From NCBI RefSeq assembly GCF_006345805.1, contig NC_042997.1, positions 182,156,001 through 182,220,000 on the forward strand: a stretch of 64,000 nucleotides of DNA, in the 5' to 3' direction. This DNA comes from Octopus sinensis (lineage: Eukaryota). Positions 50,160 to 64,000 of the stretch are shown here, one piece after another (within the stretch, counting starts at the first letter, position 1; each line of letters starts with the position of its first letter). The notes beneath the pieces are model-generated. The model was not told the origin of the DNA, ran no database searches, and worked only from the letters and a program-made list of their open reading frames with translations. A program made the translations under genes and the position numbers.

Positions 50160-52289
50160 TGTTGTACCAGGGTCATTAAATACACATTTTGATGCAAAAC
50201 ACTAATTTTTCTTGTTTTTGTGGGTTAACTTCAAATAAAACATCTGTTATAACAATAAAAATCTCCTTTCTATAAGAAGTTTTATTTTTTAAAAAAGCAA
50301 ACAAAAGAAACAAAATGTTTTGTGTGATAAGATTGGTTTTAGGAATAAGAATGAAGTTAATATTTTTTAAGGAATAAATTAGGATTAGTGCTGAAAAGAA
50401 GCAGCTACTAATTTTAATTTATATACTTTATAACTGTTGTTGCTACCAACATATTCACTCACTCATATTGACAACTTATTTAGATTAAATGAAGAAATTG
50501 AATTTGCAAGAGAGCTTCTATGGCATTATCTAACTCGCTAGAAACAGCTAGTTCTTCTCCACCTCCTTTAATCACACCTCATCATGTTAAATAAGGAAGG
50601 ATACTTTAGAATTGTAATTCCCTATGTAGAGAAGTTGAGACAGCCACAGGTGGAATAGCTTTGACTATAGATAGGTCTGCTCATTTAGAACTAGTATAGG
50701 GTTAAACAACTTATTGCTGAGAAAAGGAAATTTAATATATCTTCACAAATGAGCATTTTTCTTAATGTATGAGAATCTTTTACAGAAAATGTTTACAACA
50801 CATTTAAAATATGTTACAGTTACCTTCAGTCAACTATAAAAGATTGTAGCTTTCTCCAGAAAGATATATTTACAGCCTTGTTGTGCTGTTAATCATGAAA
50901 TTAGTAGAATTTATCCAGTTCACATTATATCATATTATCTGTATAGAATGCTATTATCAATACTTGTAGCTTTAAGTAATCTAGGCAAGTCTAATAAAAA
51001 GAAGTAAACATTAAGTTGGTAAGGAAATGCTGGTGGTGGTAGAAAAGGCCAGTATGACTTGATAATTATCATTCAGTCACTCATGAAGTCAAAGTTCAGA
51101 ATTTCTGACCATATTCTTATTACAAATACAACTATTGTACTGAACCTTCAAAATACTGTCACTCTACTTGCCTCAGTTTACATTATTGTCTTTGGGTTTT
51201 ACTCCTACCACACTGTTGTGTAATTAACATTATGAAAGATGTCCATCTGCAAAAACAATTGCTCCACCATGAACATTCAACTCATACTAGAACAAAAAGT
51301 GAATGAAAAATAACCAAAGAACTGCTTAAGACTATAATGAGAACAAAAGTACTGAGGATATTGATATCATTTTCAACTATTATGAATGTTAAAGTAAACC
51401 ATGAATGGATGTGCCTAGATATTGTATAGCTTTTGTATATCATCTTAAGAAAGATCATAATCAATATAAGTGAAGTGAAAACCAGATGTCAGCTCCTTAT
51501 TGTACAAACTGATTCAGAATATATTTTATTTACATTTGTGTTCCAGTATTATCATAGGTTTGTGTGATTCCAGAAATATCTCAGAACTCTTCAGCTTAAA
51601 CTGCTTCATTTGAATTGAGGGTGGTATCTGGTTTTATTTAGTAAACTGAAATATGTCATGGAAATGTCTGTTTTGCAGGAATGCTGCTACATTTTAACCA
51701 TTTAGATACCCATGTACCAACCATCATTGCTTTTTACTAACTTTTAAATCAATTAACTTTGAGAAGGTTTTTTTTTTTTTCTTTGCTAGCAATAAAGTTG
51801 GTGGTTTGTACAAATTTGGATATTTGTAAATATACTTCAACAAGTATTTATGCAGCTGAATATGCTTCCTACTGCTAATCATTCAACCTTAAAGTGACTG
51901 TTACACTTAATTTTCATCTAATCAGACTAAAATGAGTAGTTTACTTTTGTTAGGAATATATGACAGCAGGTGGCTTTAAACAAGCAATTGTGACTACCCA
52001 CAATCAAGTTCACTTTACCTATTATCACTTGATTAAATTGAAATAGAGTGATTGTAACAGGTTCTGCTTGCCACAGTGTATTCTATACAGTCAATTTCTG
52101 AACAGCAGAGTTAACAACATTGTCCAAGACCAGACTAAAGTATGTCATATTTAGCATTAAATTGGCTAATATTCATGTCATAATTCTAATTAAGCAAAAA
52201 CTGTCTCGGGATATTCAGAAACAGCGTGTTCCAGCTGAGGCATTTTAATAGATTAGTCAGAAGAAAGACAGTTTCCATGACCTCCATAG

Positions 52290-53050
52290 ACTTTCCAAGA
52301 CTGGTGAGATTGACATAGTTGAAACTCAGTTTTAACATACAAAAGTCAATATCTGCAAGAAAATAGGCATGAGAAGGGAATTCAAAAGGGTTAATATTCT
52401 AGGGAGGAATTGTTTTGGTTAGTGCAAGATACAGTATAGGTGATGAGAGTAGGGGAACGTATCTGTGGTTCTGGTTAGAAATGGTATATAAACAGCTAGA
52501 TTAGAGGAACTGTTGGCATTTTAAGTAGAGAAGAAAAATAGTGCATCTGTAGCCAGAGTTTCTGAGTCTATGTCAGCAGATGGCTGTCTTTCAGAATGTT
52601 GCTGAGTAGTATAGCAGCAGGACATCCTAGATGTGAGAGAGGTATTTGATTGTGTGTTTTATTTTCGTAGAGAATCATTTGCTGTTCATTGCTAAAATGT
52701 ATTTTTGACACTGAAGAGAAAAGCCAGTCTTTTGAGTTTGACTTTTGTTATGTCAAGTGGTAATAGGCAAAGTAAATTTGGTTGCATAGTAGTCCTTGGA
52801 TGGATGGAACATGCTACTAAATTGCCCAGGATTTTGATCTCAAAATCATTGTTTCTTGTGTTTTATAGTTAATGTCTATTAATGAGAACCAGTCGTTGAG
52901 ACGATAGTAATTGAAAACAGAATTTCCTCATTCTACCATCTTGCCCTGAAAGAATATGATCATGCCACTATCGAGTTTAGAGAGTGATTCCTGATAATAT
53001 TTGTCGATAGTTGAGAGCCCTTTCTATTATTTTAACCTAAAGTGGCTACT
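52290..53050 (-). mobile_element. CR1/L2-type LINE 3' remnant related to 62480-63140
   Basis: Shares the gtcaatatctgca motif at a matching position; minus-strand fragments resemble a reverse-transcriptase C-terminus. Confidence 0.45.
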
Positions 53051-53421
53051 GTGATTATTTCTCAACTGCAAACACTTAAAGCAACTATTTTTAAAAGTTT
53101 GGATACTATTGTATTGATATGGAAAATTATGAGGGGACACTGATATGCAAACTGATGTCCATTAGTTTACAGTACTACAACTTCATGTTTGCATAAATAT
53201 GTGAGTGAGAGAGAGAAAGAGAGTGAGAGCAAGTATGCACATCTGCAATTGCATTTAAAAATTATTGCCAAATGGTGTTTGCCTGAGGCGAAACTGTTAT
53301 AATTTATGTTCTGTTGTTGATAGCTCAATAACGAGCATTTCATTACTGTTTTGCCTAACTTTATATTTTTTCTTTTTCTCCATCTTTCTCTTATTCTCTT
53401 TCTTTTTCTCTCTTTTTCCAT

Positions 53422-53480
53422 ATGTGTGTGTGTGTGTGTGGTGTGTGTGTGTGTGTGTGCATGTGTATATATGTGTATAT

Positions 53481-53514
<34 letters not shown>

Positions 53515-53515
53515 A

Positions 53516-53568
<53 letters not shown>

Positions 53569-53581
53569 ATATATATATATA

Positions 53582-53614
<33 letters not shown>

Positions 53615-53732
53615 GTGTATATATATATATATGTGTATATATATATATATGTGTATATATATATATATGTGTATATATATATATATGTGTATATATATAT
53701 ATGTGTATATATATATATGTGTGTATATATTA

Positions 53733-53777
<45 letters not shown>

Positions 53778-53797
53778 ATATTATATATATATGTGTA

Positions 53798-53829
<32 letters not shown>

Positions 53830-53842
53830 GTGTATATATATA

Positions 53843-53915
<73 letters not shown>

Positions 53916-53925
53916 ACACATACAC
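53422..53925. repeat. ~500-bp compound (TG)n/(TA)n microsatellite with higher-order (TA)nTGTG units
   Basis: Read directly from the sequence; it is the source of the YIYI/CVCV pseudo-ORFs. Confidence 0.97.
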
Positions 53926-56227
53926 AAACGCACTCTTTGCTGCCTTCTATCTCTCTTCATTTTTGTTGTTGTAATCCTGTTTTAGTGTTTTTATTAATTA
54001 TTATATCTATCATTTTCTCTTTGTTACCTATTCACTCTAAAATTACTCTTTTCTCAGACCTTGTTAGTTACCTTTTTTTCCTTTATTTCACACTGCCATC
54101 CACCAAAGTCTCCACTGCTTCCAGTCTCCACCAACTTACTGGTCACAGCCTTTAACCCCTTCTCTAGGCTCCATCATCTACAGTTTCTTCTCTCCATTTA
54201 TCATAGTCTGGTCATATACACATTAGTCATCAATGTTATCTTTGTTGTATTGTGCGTAGTGATTATAGTAGAGTGAAAGTTTTTTTTTTATTCTTGTCCA
54301 AATTTCCCTAAAATTCAATAATCGCAATCTTAAGAATAGCTTACATGAAGAAAGAAACCTTCCCCTTGTCTTTGTAAAAGTAATAAATTTGAAAATGCAA
54401 GACAGGGTGCATAAGCTATCAGAGCTGTTTTTAACTATTTTCTTCTCACATTCAATTGACATCTTCCTTTTTTAATCAAGTAGATTAAGTACTACATTCT
54501 TAATTAAACATTGAGTGAATACAATCTCTAATGATGAAGTTATAATACTAATTTATCATCCATGCTGTTATTGACCAAAATTATCATTTCTGTTCTTGTC
54601 CTCAAAGAGAGAAAGGATTTCTCTTTCTCAAATGGTAGCCTTTAATTTCTTTTTAGATAGAAGGTACTTAACATTTCTCAAATAAATTTCTATTGTGTTA
54701 ATGATGAATCTTTTTTATTTCCATGACACTGAGAAATCCAAGTACTTTCAGTTAAAATTGATCAGTTTTATTGATTTTAATTCCTTTTTTACTTTACACC
54801 TATCAGTGTGCTTTGTAATTCCTTATTTGGTAAATTGCAAAGCTAAAATATTTCTGTCAATAGGAAAACATTTCAATGTGATTTAACTGTGTGGTGAAGG
54901 GGTTTTACTAATTAAAACTCATCCTTAGTTATTGTGTTGTGCATCTAACTGAAAAACAAATAACTTTCAAAGATAACTTTTCTACCTATTGAAGCAGTTA
55001 TTCTACTAATTATTCATCAACCATGTTCACCATCTGCTGAATTCACCTCTATTCCCCCTCTTTATTCTGTTGCAGTCTCCTTTCTTACTCTTGCAAACTC
55101 ACCCTGTCCAATCCTCTGTACCATTTACATTTAGTTTCTTGTTACTGGAGGATATAACCTGACTAGTCTTCACCACCAGCTTCTCACTTTTCCAATTGAA
55201 GTAGCTATGTATCTCTTCTACAGCAAGACACCTGTTCCTTTCCCTCTATCAGACTGTAAATGTTCTTCATCTTGTATAAAGCCACCTCCTTTAATTCCAC
55301 ACCCAACTCAATTGAGGAATTTTGTCTTACAAGTTACTTAGTGCTAGTGCCATATAAAAAAACTCTTTGTACCCTCTGTAAAGTGATTGGTGTTAGGAAG
55401 GATATCCAACCATAGAAACCATACCAAAATAGACAGTGGAGCTTGGCACAGTCCTCTGGCTCATTAACTCCTATTGAGTCATCCAACCCATGCCAGCATG
55501 GAAAACAGAAATTAAATTGTAATGATGATAATGTCTAACTTGCTGAAGCATCTTAAGGAAAAGTAAATGTTAAAAATTCTTTCTAAAAATATGAAATTGA
55601 CTTTTAGCTTTCAGTAATTTGTCTAACATATAAACTTCTAGATGTCTCAGACTATGGAGAGCTAATTCAGACAACTCACATTTCTGTGATCAACTTTTCA
55701 TCTGATTTCTCAAAGATCAATAGTCTAATACCAATATTATTTTGGGGACAAGCCAGTTTGGTAAATTTTTCTTTTGTATAAAATGTATGCTTTCTAAAAG
55801 AAAATCAATAACTAGTGTATTTTTTATACAGAATTTTAAGCATTTATATCTTTTGTAACCCACACAAACACACACACAGATATATATATATATATATTCT
55901 TTTGCTAATAACTCCATTATTCTACTGTTTTATTTTAATTTAGCAGACACCTTTTCATATAACTTTATCAATATTTGTCTTAGTACCTCTAAATATTTTG
56001 TTTAATATTATTTCAGTCAAATATATCAGTACGTTGTTATTCATGTCTTTTGTTAAAATTCTTCACAGCCTCTCTTGGCTGCCATTACATACTATGTGAT
56101 CCAAATCAGTACTCATCTTTACTCTGTCTAGCTCTGCTATTGGTTATTGCAGAAATTAGTAACTGACTGCTTTTTATAGCTGTTATAAATAAATGTGTGC
56201 ATTTTTATTTTAAATCTGAATGAGCAT

Positions 56228-56305
56228 AAATTATTTTTGTTGATAGTAATGTATTCATAATTTGCCAAATTATTTTTGTTGATAGTAATGTATTCATAAT
56301 TTGCC
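56228..56305 (+). repeat. Perfect 39-bp tandem duplication
   Basis: (aaattatttttgttgatagtaatgtattcataatttgcc)x2. Confidence 0.92.
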
Positions 56306-57419
56306 AATAAACTTCTTACATCATAGCGAAGGTCAAGCATGATATATCACCAATTAGTATTATTGATGAGTTAAAATTTATTCATTACTTGAATGCAGTA
56401 AAAATAGATAGATAAAATTTTTTTTAAATAAAATAAATTTATCTGCAACTTTAGCTTGTGTATAAATACTTTGATTTGTACATTTAATGGTGCAACAGTG
56501 TAAAACATCTGAGACCTGACCAGCTATTTTCATTAAAGGTTAGTTGAATATTGTGCTTGATGATCACTACTACTGCTATATCAACATCAATATAGTTAGT
56601 GCTAATATTCCTGCTACATGCAACCAGAAAAAAGTTTATTGATCTTTCTACCACTGCTGTTATTACAACAGCTGCTACTGCTACTACCACTTCTATTGGT
56701 ACTCTTGTGTGAAATAATATTTAGTTGTCTCTAAGCTCTGGTATATTAGTTTTTAGGTCAGCATTCTCTTTTACTATGCTGAGTCTATACAGTATAATAA
56801 CCAGTAACAGCTATTACACTTTCTATAATATCTAGTTCTGATGGCATACTATGATAGGGAGAAGAAATATCATCCTTTGAAGATACATCTTGAAAAATAT
56901 GATAAAAATCATTTCAACATGTCTTTTTCTAAATGCACTTTTCCTGATTATTTTTATCATAAAGAAATAATTTGAAAATAATATAAATCATTTTCAAATA
57001 TTATCATCCCCACCTTTCTCTTGATGCTTCTCATTCTATAGTTCATTCTTGTTGTTCCTTCAAGTAATAATTACCATTATAATAGATTTTACCAGGTGCT
57101 TTTTATCAATTCAGTTAAGCTGGCAGTAATTATTGAGAGAAATCTTTTCTGGACATTCTGAATAACCTTGTGTCTTGAGTTTCAATTATTATCTTGTGGA
57201 AAATAACTATTGTTATTTTTTCTTTTTCTTTTTTTTATTTTAATTTCTTGTCACAATGCAGTCTGATGATTGAAGCCATAATTGTGACAGTTTAGTGTGT
57301 TAATAAACTCACTGAAATTCAAGAAAAAATTTGTTTGTCTCTTTTTTTATATAATTTATTAAATAATTATTTTATTATGTAAGAAACTATTATTATTGTT
57401 GATGCTATTTTCATTATTT

Positions 57420-57575
57420 TATGTTCTGAGTTCAAATTCTGATGAGGTTGACTTTGCCTTTCATCCATTTGTAGTTAATAAAATAAGTACCAATTGAGCA
57501 CTAGGATTGATGTAACTGACTTACCCATTCCCCAAAATTTCAGGCCTTGTGCCTTTAGTAGAAAGGATCATTACT
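57420..57575 (+). mobile_element. 5'-truncated SINE family 2 copy
   Basis: gttctgagttcaaattc...gactttgcctttcatcc...aaatttcaggccttgtgcc matches 10703-10845. Confidence 0.75.
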
Positions 57576-58767
57576 ATTATTAAGCTGCTATATCTAGTAA
57601 TTATATCATAGAGAGGGGAAATATTCTATATTTCAGTAATGTAGTCTTTCCTGCAGTTAACATAGAATACATTTTTATCAAGTTACCCATTCCCATCACA
57701 TGACTGTATCATATCAGTTTTCTATTTAGCTTGTAACCTCTTTTAATTCCCAGCTGCTTTCTTAGTTTACCTGAATACAGTCTATCCTTTTAATTTAGCA
57801 TGCACAGCCAAAAAATTTCAGTCCACATGCCACTATATCAAATTCTTTAGTAAATAAAATAAACTGAATATCTTTGTAAATTATTCCCAACCATCAAAAA
57901 TTAATAATTATGTTACTATAAATGCAACTAGCAGCAATAATTAGGTCATCTAAATCAATGAACCTATTTGATTTGCTTCTGGTGTAACTTCCGCAGTATT
58001 TTATGGGCTTCTGTTGTAAATTATAGATTTATACTTTTAGTCTTTTGATCACTAGTCCCATTATGGAGAATCAATTCTATTCTTTTAAAAAAGCAAAGTA
58101 AGGTGATTCTCTTACTCTCTTTCTTTGTTTTAAACTATATCTAGCTCATCGTAATTAGTACATATCTTAACGGTAGACCTTTACAATAGTTGTTGAACTC
58201 GTGGTCCATTCATAAATTTTCCATGACAAATATAACTTTTCAGGTACCAAAATGTTAAAGGGAATTAGAATTGATATATGTATCATAACTTTAGCTGGAC
58301 TACTACAACAGCTTTTATTTCATACTGTACATTGACTAATGAATATGCTTAATAAAACAAATACTTCTTGGAAACCTTGAGAGAGCAACTAAGTTTGCTA
58401 AAGTTTTGGTGCCATGGCCCCAATTAAATGGTATTTTTTTACTGTTTCATTTCCACTTCATCTTCAGCATTAAACAATTTGAGATTACAGAATGAGATTA
58501 CAGTACTTTTTTTATATTATTTTTACACTGATCAATAATGTGCTAGGCTAACATCTTAGATGTAAAAAATCAATAAGTATTCATAACTTCAGATCATTTT
58601 TTAATTTTTATTGTCATTTGTAAAAGATAGTACTATAAATATGTTAATCATAACTCTTTAAAAGCCATATGGATTTGTTTTAGTATTCAAAGTATTACTA
58701 TTTTAATCCTATACTTTATTTCAGTAATACATTTCAAAGATTCTCAATATATAATATATATTTATAA

Positions 58768-58798
<31 letters not shown>

Positions 58799-61700
58799 TT
58801 GTGTATGAGAAATAAAAAGAAAAATTTATGTCCATTGTTTATGTATAATGTTGAGGTAGAGAAAATACAGTTAAATAGGAATGGCACATTAAAAAAAAGT
58901 ACTAAGGGAAACAACTCACACTTATATTGACCAAATTTATGGCTTGGGTCCATTTCGGTTATTTCCTTCAGTTCATATTTCAAATACTAGCTAAAAATTT
59001 GTAACTCTTTCATTGTTTTCACATTCATTTATTTCATGATAACATAAGTTTGACAAAACTTAAGAGAGCATTCTATAGTGAGATTCCCTTCTTGATGACA
59101 TTTGCATTCAAATAAGGTACTGTATTCCATGACTTCATGCAACCTGCTGAGCTAATAGACTACTAGCTAAACAGTCTCATCATCACTAACTAAACTATGT
59201 GAAGACAGATACAAAACATATTCACACAGCCTCATTCATGCACACTAACACACATTTGATGGGTCTTGTACAGTTTGTAGCTACCTAATTTTGTTTGCAC
59301 ACCATTGACCAACCTGAGGCTATAGTAGTAATTGCTTGCTTAAGGTACCATGTAGTGGGCTTTGAGTTCAGCCCCACTGCATGGTACCTTAGGCAGAGTA
59401 GACCCATGATGCAGTGTAATCCAGATGGACCACCAGCAGTCCAAACCATAGTTTTGGTGGACTATGGTGAGTTATATAGCCTGTTGAGTTACATAAGTAG
59501 TTAGAAGTAAATTTATATTTAGTGGTCCATGTTTTCCTCATGAATTTTGTGGGGCACCTTCAGGAAAGTAGTGCATCACAGAAGCAGACTTTGTGATGTT
59601 AATGAGATCTAGTAGGCCAAAACATATAGATTGTTGTCTCATGCTTGCAAGGATAACAATTTCCCCTTAGTAGTTAAACTGTGTTTTAAAGGATTCATTT
59701 TTGATTTCCAGAATTTATCTCCCCTTTTTTTTGTGAGTTGAATTATAATTACCATTAGTTCTCTCTCTCTCAGAAATTTTGATTAAAATAGCTGCTATGA
59801 AGAATGCAGCATGTTTGAGTTTTTTGAGTATCAATGACTCTGGAGCATACATATTTTTTAACCTTAAAGAATTTGCGCTTCCTTTGACTATTAAGTTATG
59901 TAGTTTCCAGGAAAATTTACTAATATAGCACAAGTAGAATTCTAAAATTTAGTTTACTGACTTTCATTTTGGATATAATGAAGAGAAAAATTAACCAAAA
60001 AGAAAAAAATAGTTATTGTTGTTCTTTTTTAAATTTTGTTACTTTTCCGCTTAAAATTTATTACATCCTTAGATCTCAACTGGAAAATTTATGCAATCAA
60101 CTAAGTAGAGTTAGTGTGAGTTTTCAGTGGATTAAGAATAATAATATAAAACGTGGAAGAATAAAGAGATGTATTTTCAGCATATAAGCAATGGTGATTA
60201 CAGAAAAAGTGTAAAGAAAATAGAGAAATATTTTTCTCCCTGGAGTACCTTTTTGGATTGGTGCCAAATATGACACCATTGACATACATAAATGAATCAG
60301 CTCATGAAAAAGCTGCCAATTCAAGATATGGGAGATATGAGGTTGGTTGAAGATTAGTAAAAATGTTAGACATGACAGTAATCCAATCATAATTTGTAGT
60401 CTTATGGCTGGTACAAATATAAATGCTAGAATATTGGACCAAATATTTTGTGGTTTCTTTATTATTATTCCTTTAAAATTTGAGTTCAGGTTCCACTTGC
60501 GTCCACTTTTTTTCTCATTCTTCCGAAGTCAATAATGTAAATCTTGGCATTGTTAGAATTAACTATACCTTAAAAGATATTGTACCAGGTTTGCTACACT
60601 CCAATGTCTTGAAAGCAGAAAAGGGAAATTAAGAACCATACAGTCAGGGCATGGCCCCAGAAGATTATTAAAGAATATGTTGATTAAAACATAGTATAGA
60701 CAGACATGCAGTTAACAGTGCATCTTACTCATCTCAGAAGTACAGCCATTTAATTATTTTTTTTAAACAGCAATCATGATACAACTACTTGGTTCCTTAG
60801 GCTTGGCATTAGAAAGAGCATCCAGCTGTAGAAACCATGCCAAAGCAGACACTGAAACACAATGCAGTCTTTGGACCTGTCAGATCATGGAATTTAAATG
60901 ATGATAATGATGTAAATGATATTTAACTTATTCAAATTTGAAGTGATTTTCAATATTTATAAAAATAACTGAGTTATTTAAACTAATCATTATTCTCCCC
61001 CCCCTCTCTCACCTTAGTTTCATGGATCTAAATTCATGTTTCCATGCAACCTAAGTTGAAATTGTTTTACAGGCTCTTCTTAATGCCAAACCATGACCTT
61101 TAAACCAGAAGGTTACTCACATTTAACTAGATTATTTGAAGAAAGTAGATTAATGTTCCTTGCTTAAGACAACAATGTGAATTTTAATCTTTATATATCT
61201 GTCTCCGTCAGATTATTCAGCACTTCAATTACATGGCAATTTTTATTTGGTTTCATAGCATCTATACAGCAATGAATTTTCTAATTCAATTACCCGCCTC
61301 AAAAACTGAAATTTGACTTGTGTATGAATACTGATTGCATTCAATAAATCTTTTTTCTGCCATTCACTCCATATATGAAAGATCTTGTCAATTCATATAA
61401 AAGTATATGCCATACACCAGATAATAATCCTTTATTTTTAAGTTGTCAACGTTCCCTATTGATATGTGGCATCATTGATACTATCATATTGTAAAGCTGT
61501 TTTTGCACTACTTCTACAATAAATGAGTATGTTAATGAATTATGCAGTTGAATTATAACTATAATTCTCAGTTGGTTTCTTTTATATTTTGTCATTCTCC
61601 ACAATCCCCTGTGATATTTTTTTCAAGTAAAATGTTTTCCTCTATTGTGGCTGCAGAAGTAGATTTCCAATATCATTCATTGTGTTTTATGTAAAAGGAA

Positions 61701-62479
61701 ATTTAATCACTTTTACAATTCTATCTGAAAAGAAAGGGCATTCTCTTAATATCTCAGAGATCCCTTTTCAGCCAGAAGGGTTGGAAAATGTGTGAAACTG
61801 GTGCTTGAAGAATGTGAATGTTGTTTTATTGTAAACAAAACACGGGCAAGATAACAGTTCTTTAAAATTAATGGTTTTGTCTTTGTGAAGTTTAAGAAGA
61901 AAAGCTTGGGATAATTGGAAATATGTATGCAATGGGTGGCAAAATCTGAAGATCAGAATAAATTATAATAGCAACAGAAGATGCAGCTTGCTTTTGGCCA
62001 TGGACTGAAAGTTTGATAAAAGAAATTTAACCTCTTTTCAAAGCACACAAGAACATTAGTATACATTAATATCTAAAATGTGCTCCTCCCTTGAATTATC
62101 AGGTCAACAATGACACCTGATGACAAGCAGTGTGCTTGTCAGAGAATTTTCTCAGAAGAATACAAAGGTGGTTCCCTCACCTTATCTCCTCATTGCTTCT
62201 TTCAGTTTTTATTACTAGACACAATTTTATAAGCAATAGTTAATTTTGCAAGGGAAGAGATAAAGAAAGAGTGAGTTATCAATCCCAGAACTTGATTGGC
62301 CCTATTTATTGACCCCAAAATGCAAAGATGACTGTGATGAAATTCATACTCAGAGAGCTACAATAAATACTGCTGGGCATTCTATCTAACATTGTAATAA
62401 CTCAACCAAATTACTGTTTTCTGTAAAATGTGCCATACAAGAAAAGCTTCTGAAGTAGTGGCATAATTGATGTTAATTC

Positions 62480-63140
62480 TTGACAAGAATAGGAAATTTG
62501 TGAGAGAATTCACAGACAATGTTGAGTTGCAGCATGTGTAATGATAAGTGATGAAGATGTTTGTGCATGTAGAGGTGGGAGATGAACTTATGCAGCAACA
62601 AGATTTGCCTTTTGACCTTGTATGCTTGCAGGTTTTCAGATTTGAAAAGATCTAGTGAAAATGGAATATCAAGTACGAACTATTAAGATGAATAATATGC
62701 AGTATATTTGAGTGAAAGGAATTTTTTTTTCTGTAGTTAATCGGAAGAGGAGGATCTCCCAGGCTAATGGAATCAATTCAGTTGATGTTTAGTTTGAACC
62801 TCTGTAGGTCAATATCTGCAGAAAAAGATTTTAACAGGAAGGCAAATCCTAGAAGGATATAAGCACTGTTAAAGAATGGCTAGACATAATACTGAGTGCA
62901 AGATCCTGGGGTGTTAGTGAAACTCAGTAGGGGTGATAAGCTGAGGTTTATTAAGTGATCCTGTGCAGTGGAGGTATGCATATTGTAGTAATATTCTAGT
63001 ACAGAGGAGAAGAAAAAGCTATTGCCATAGCATTAGAGGATGCAGCAGAAATAATAATAATATTTGTAGGTGAGTGGTTATAACATGAGTTAATAGATCT
63101 TTGCTAATCTTCCAAATTACCATTTTTGAGATACAGTTCA
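62480..63140 (-). mobile_element. CR1/L2-type LINE remnant
   Basis: Minus-strand ILNCISK...HL segment and C-terminal SFSADIDLQRFKLNIN. A related 3' end (aagtcaatatctgca) lies at ~52290-53050. Confidence 0.55.
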
Positions 63141-63846
63141 AGATGTGGCTCTAAGAGGGCACCAATCAATTAGATCAACCCCAGTATTGACCCCAACCTT
63201 GGCGGACTTTGATCTCAGAACATGAAGACAGACAAAATATTGCTAAGCATTTTTCCCAGCTTGCCGCCTTTGGAAGTATAAATTATTGTAATAGCTATGA
63301 GAATGAGAAGACTGAATGAGCATCCATGATATCCATAAAACCAGGGAAGATGAAGGGTTTTGTAAGAATGTCCTATTGGCTGGTGAATTTGGAAAAGGTA
63401 GAAAAATGTCTCCATTGTTTTAGTTAAATGAAAGCTTCATACATTTCAAACACCAGCTTGAAAATATAAAGATTAGATAATTGATTAAATCCCTCAAGAT
63501 TCTTGATTATTTCAAAATTAATTGAACACACAAACTGTATATTTCTTTAGAAATATGGTTTTGAATGAGTTAAGTGCCACTTCAAAAAAGTGCTTATGAG
63601 AATCCAATATCACTAGATAAAATTGTGAAAAGAATTTTAAAAAGGTGTTAACAGTAACTATTCTTTTTAAGTATTTCATTTATAAGATTCAGCCTCATTC
63701 TATATTTTCATAAATTGAAAATCCTTTTGGTTTTTGGTTTTTTTATAGTATTTCCCTATTTAATTATGCATTAAAATGTCTAAGATTCATTTCTCTCTTT
63801 TACTTTTTTTACTGTATTTCATGCTTTTTTAAATTTTATTTTGTAG

Positions 63847-63971
63847 TCTGCGGTGATATTCATGGACAGTTTTATGACTTAATGAAGTTATTTGAAGTTG
63901 GAGGACCACCAGCTACAACGCGTTACCTCTTTTTAGGAGACTATGTTGACAGAGGATATTTTAGCATAGAG
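63847..63971 (+). CDS. PPP3C (CanA): Calcineurin A coding exon equivalent to vertebrate exon 3 (metallophosphoesterase motifs GDIHG and GDYVDRG)
   Basis: Acceptor ttttgtag|TC and donor GAG|gtatgt; 125 nt. Joined to the trailing G of the previous exon it reads [42 protein letters not shown], in frame. Confidence 0.98.
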
Positions 63972-64000
63972 GTATGTCTCACCTTATTTTTATTGTGTAA

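Larger units (their letters stand above)
24237..63846 (+). other. 39,610-nt GT-AG intron between the two calcineurin exons
   Basis: Canonical GT...AG ends; phase 1 on both sides restores the GTC (Val) codon of APVT-VCGD. Confidence 0.9.

Noticed and set aside
53265-54155. 296-aa and overlapping long ORFs
   Set aside because: Translations of (TA)n/(TG)n microsatellite (YIYI, CVCV); no real protein.
1-64000. CRISPR arrays, rRNA or prokaryotic operons
   Set aside because: No repeat-spacer arrays or rRNA-like sequence; the window is intron-dominated animal DNA.

Overview
AT-rich, microsatellite-laden eukaryotic DNA, most likely an octopus or other coleoid cephalopod. That assignment is an inference from repeat content and style, not from a search. 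The window lies inside a + strand calcineurin A (PPP3C/CanA) gene. Two coding exons are visible: 24036-24236 (201 nt) and 63847-63971 (125 nt), separated by a 39.6 kb intron. No first exon was found upstream. The rest is intronic and full of mobile-element relics: two same-orientation DD34D mariner copies, Tc1/mariner-type and piggyBac-type MITEs, a double-headed non-autonomous Helitron with a PIF1-helicase fragment, RTE and CR1/L2-type LINE remnants, and at least three SINE-like families. The most unusual signal is a set of long intronic inverted repeats (5.9 kb, 35.6 kb, 38.9 kb), each carrying Penelope-type minimal hammerhead-ribozyme (HHR) motifs. One appears joined to a tRNA-derived Pol III head, suggesting a ribozyme-tailed SINE. 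A cluster of splice signals near 49.2-49.4 kb could encode an alternative N-terminus in frame with the catalytic exon (speculative). Nearly all ORFs in the supplied track are spurious. Coordinates were counted by eye, and repeat boundaries are approximate.
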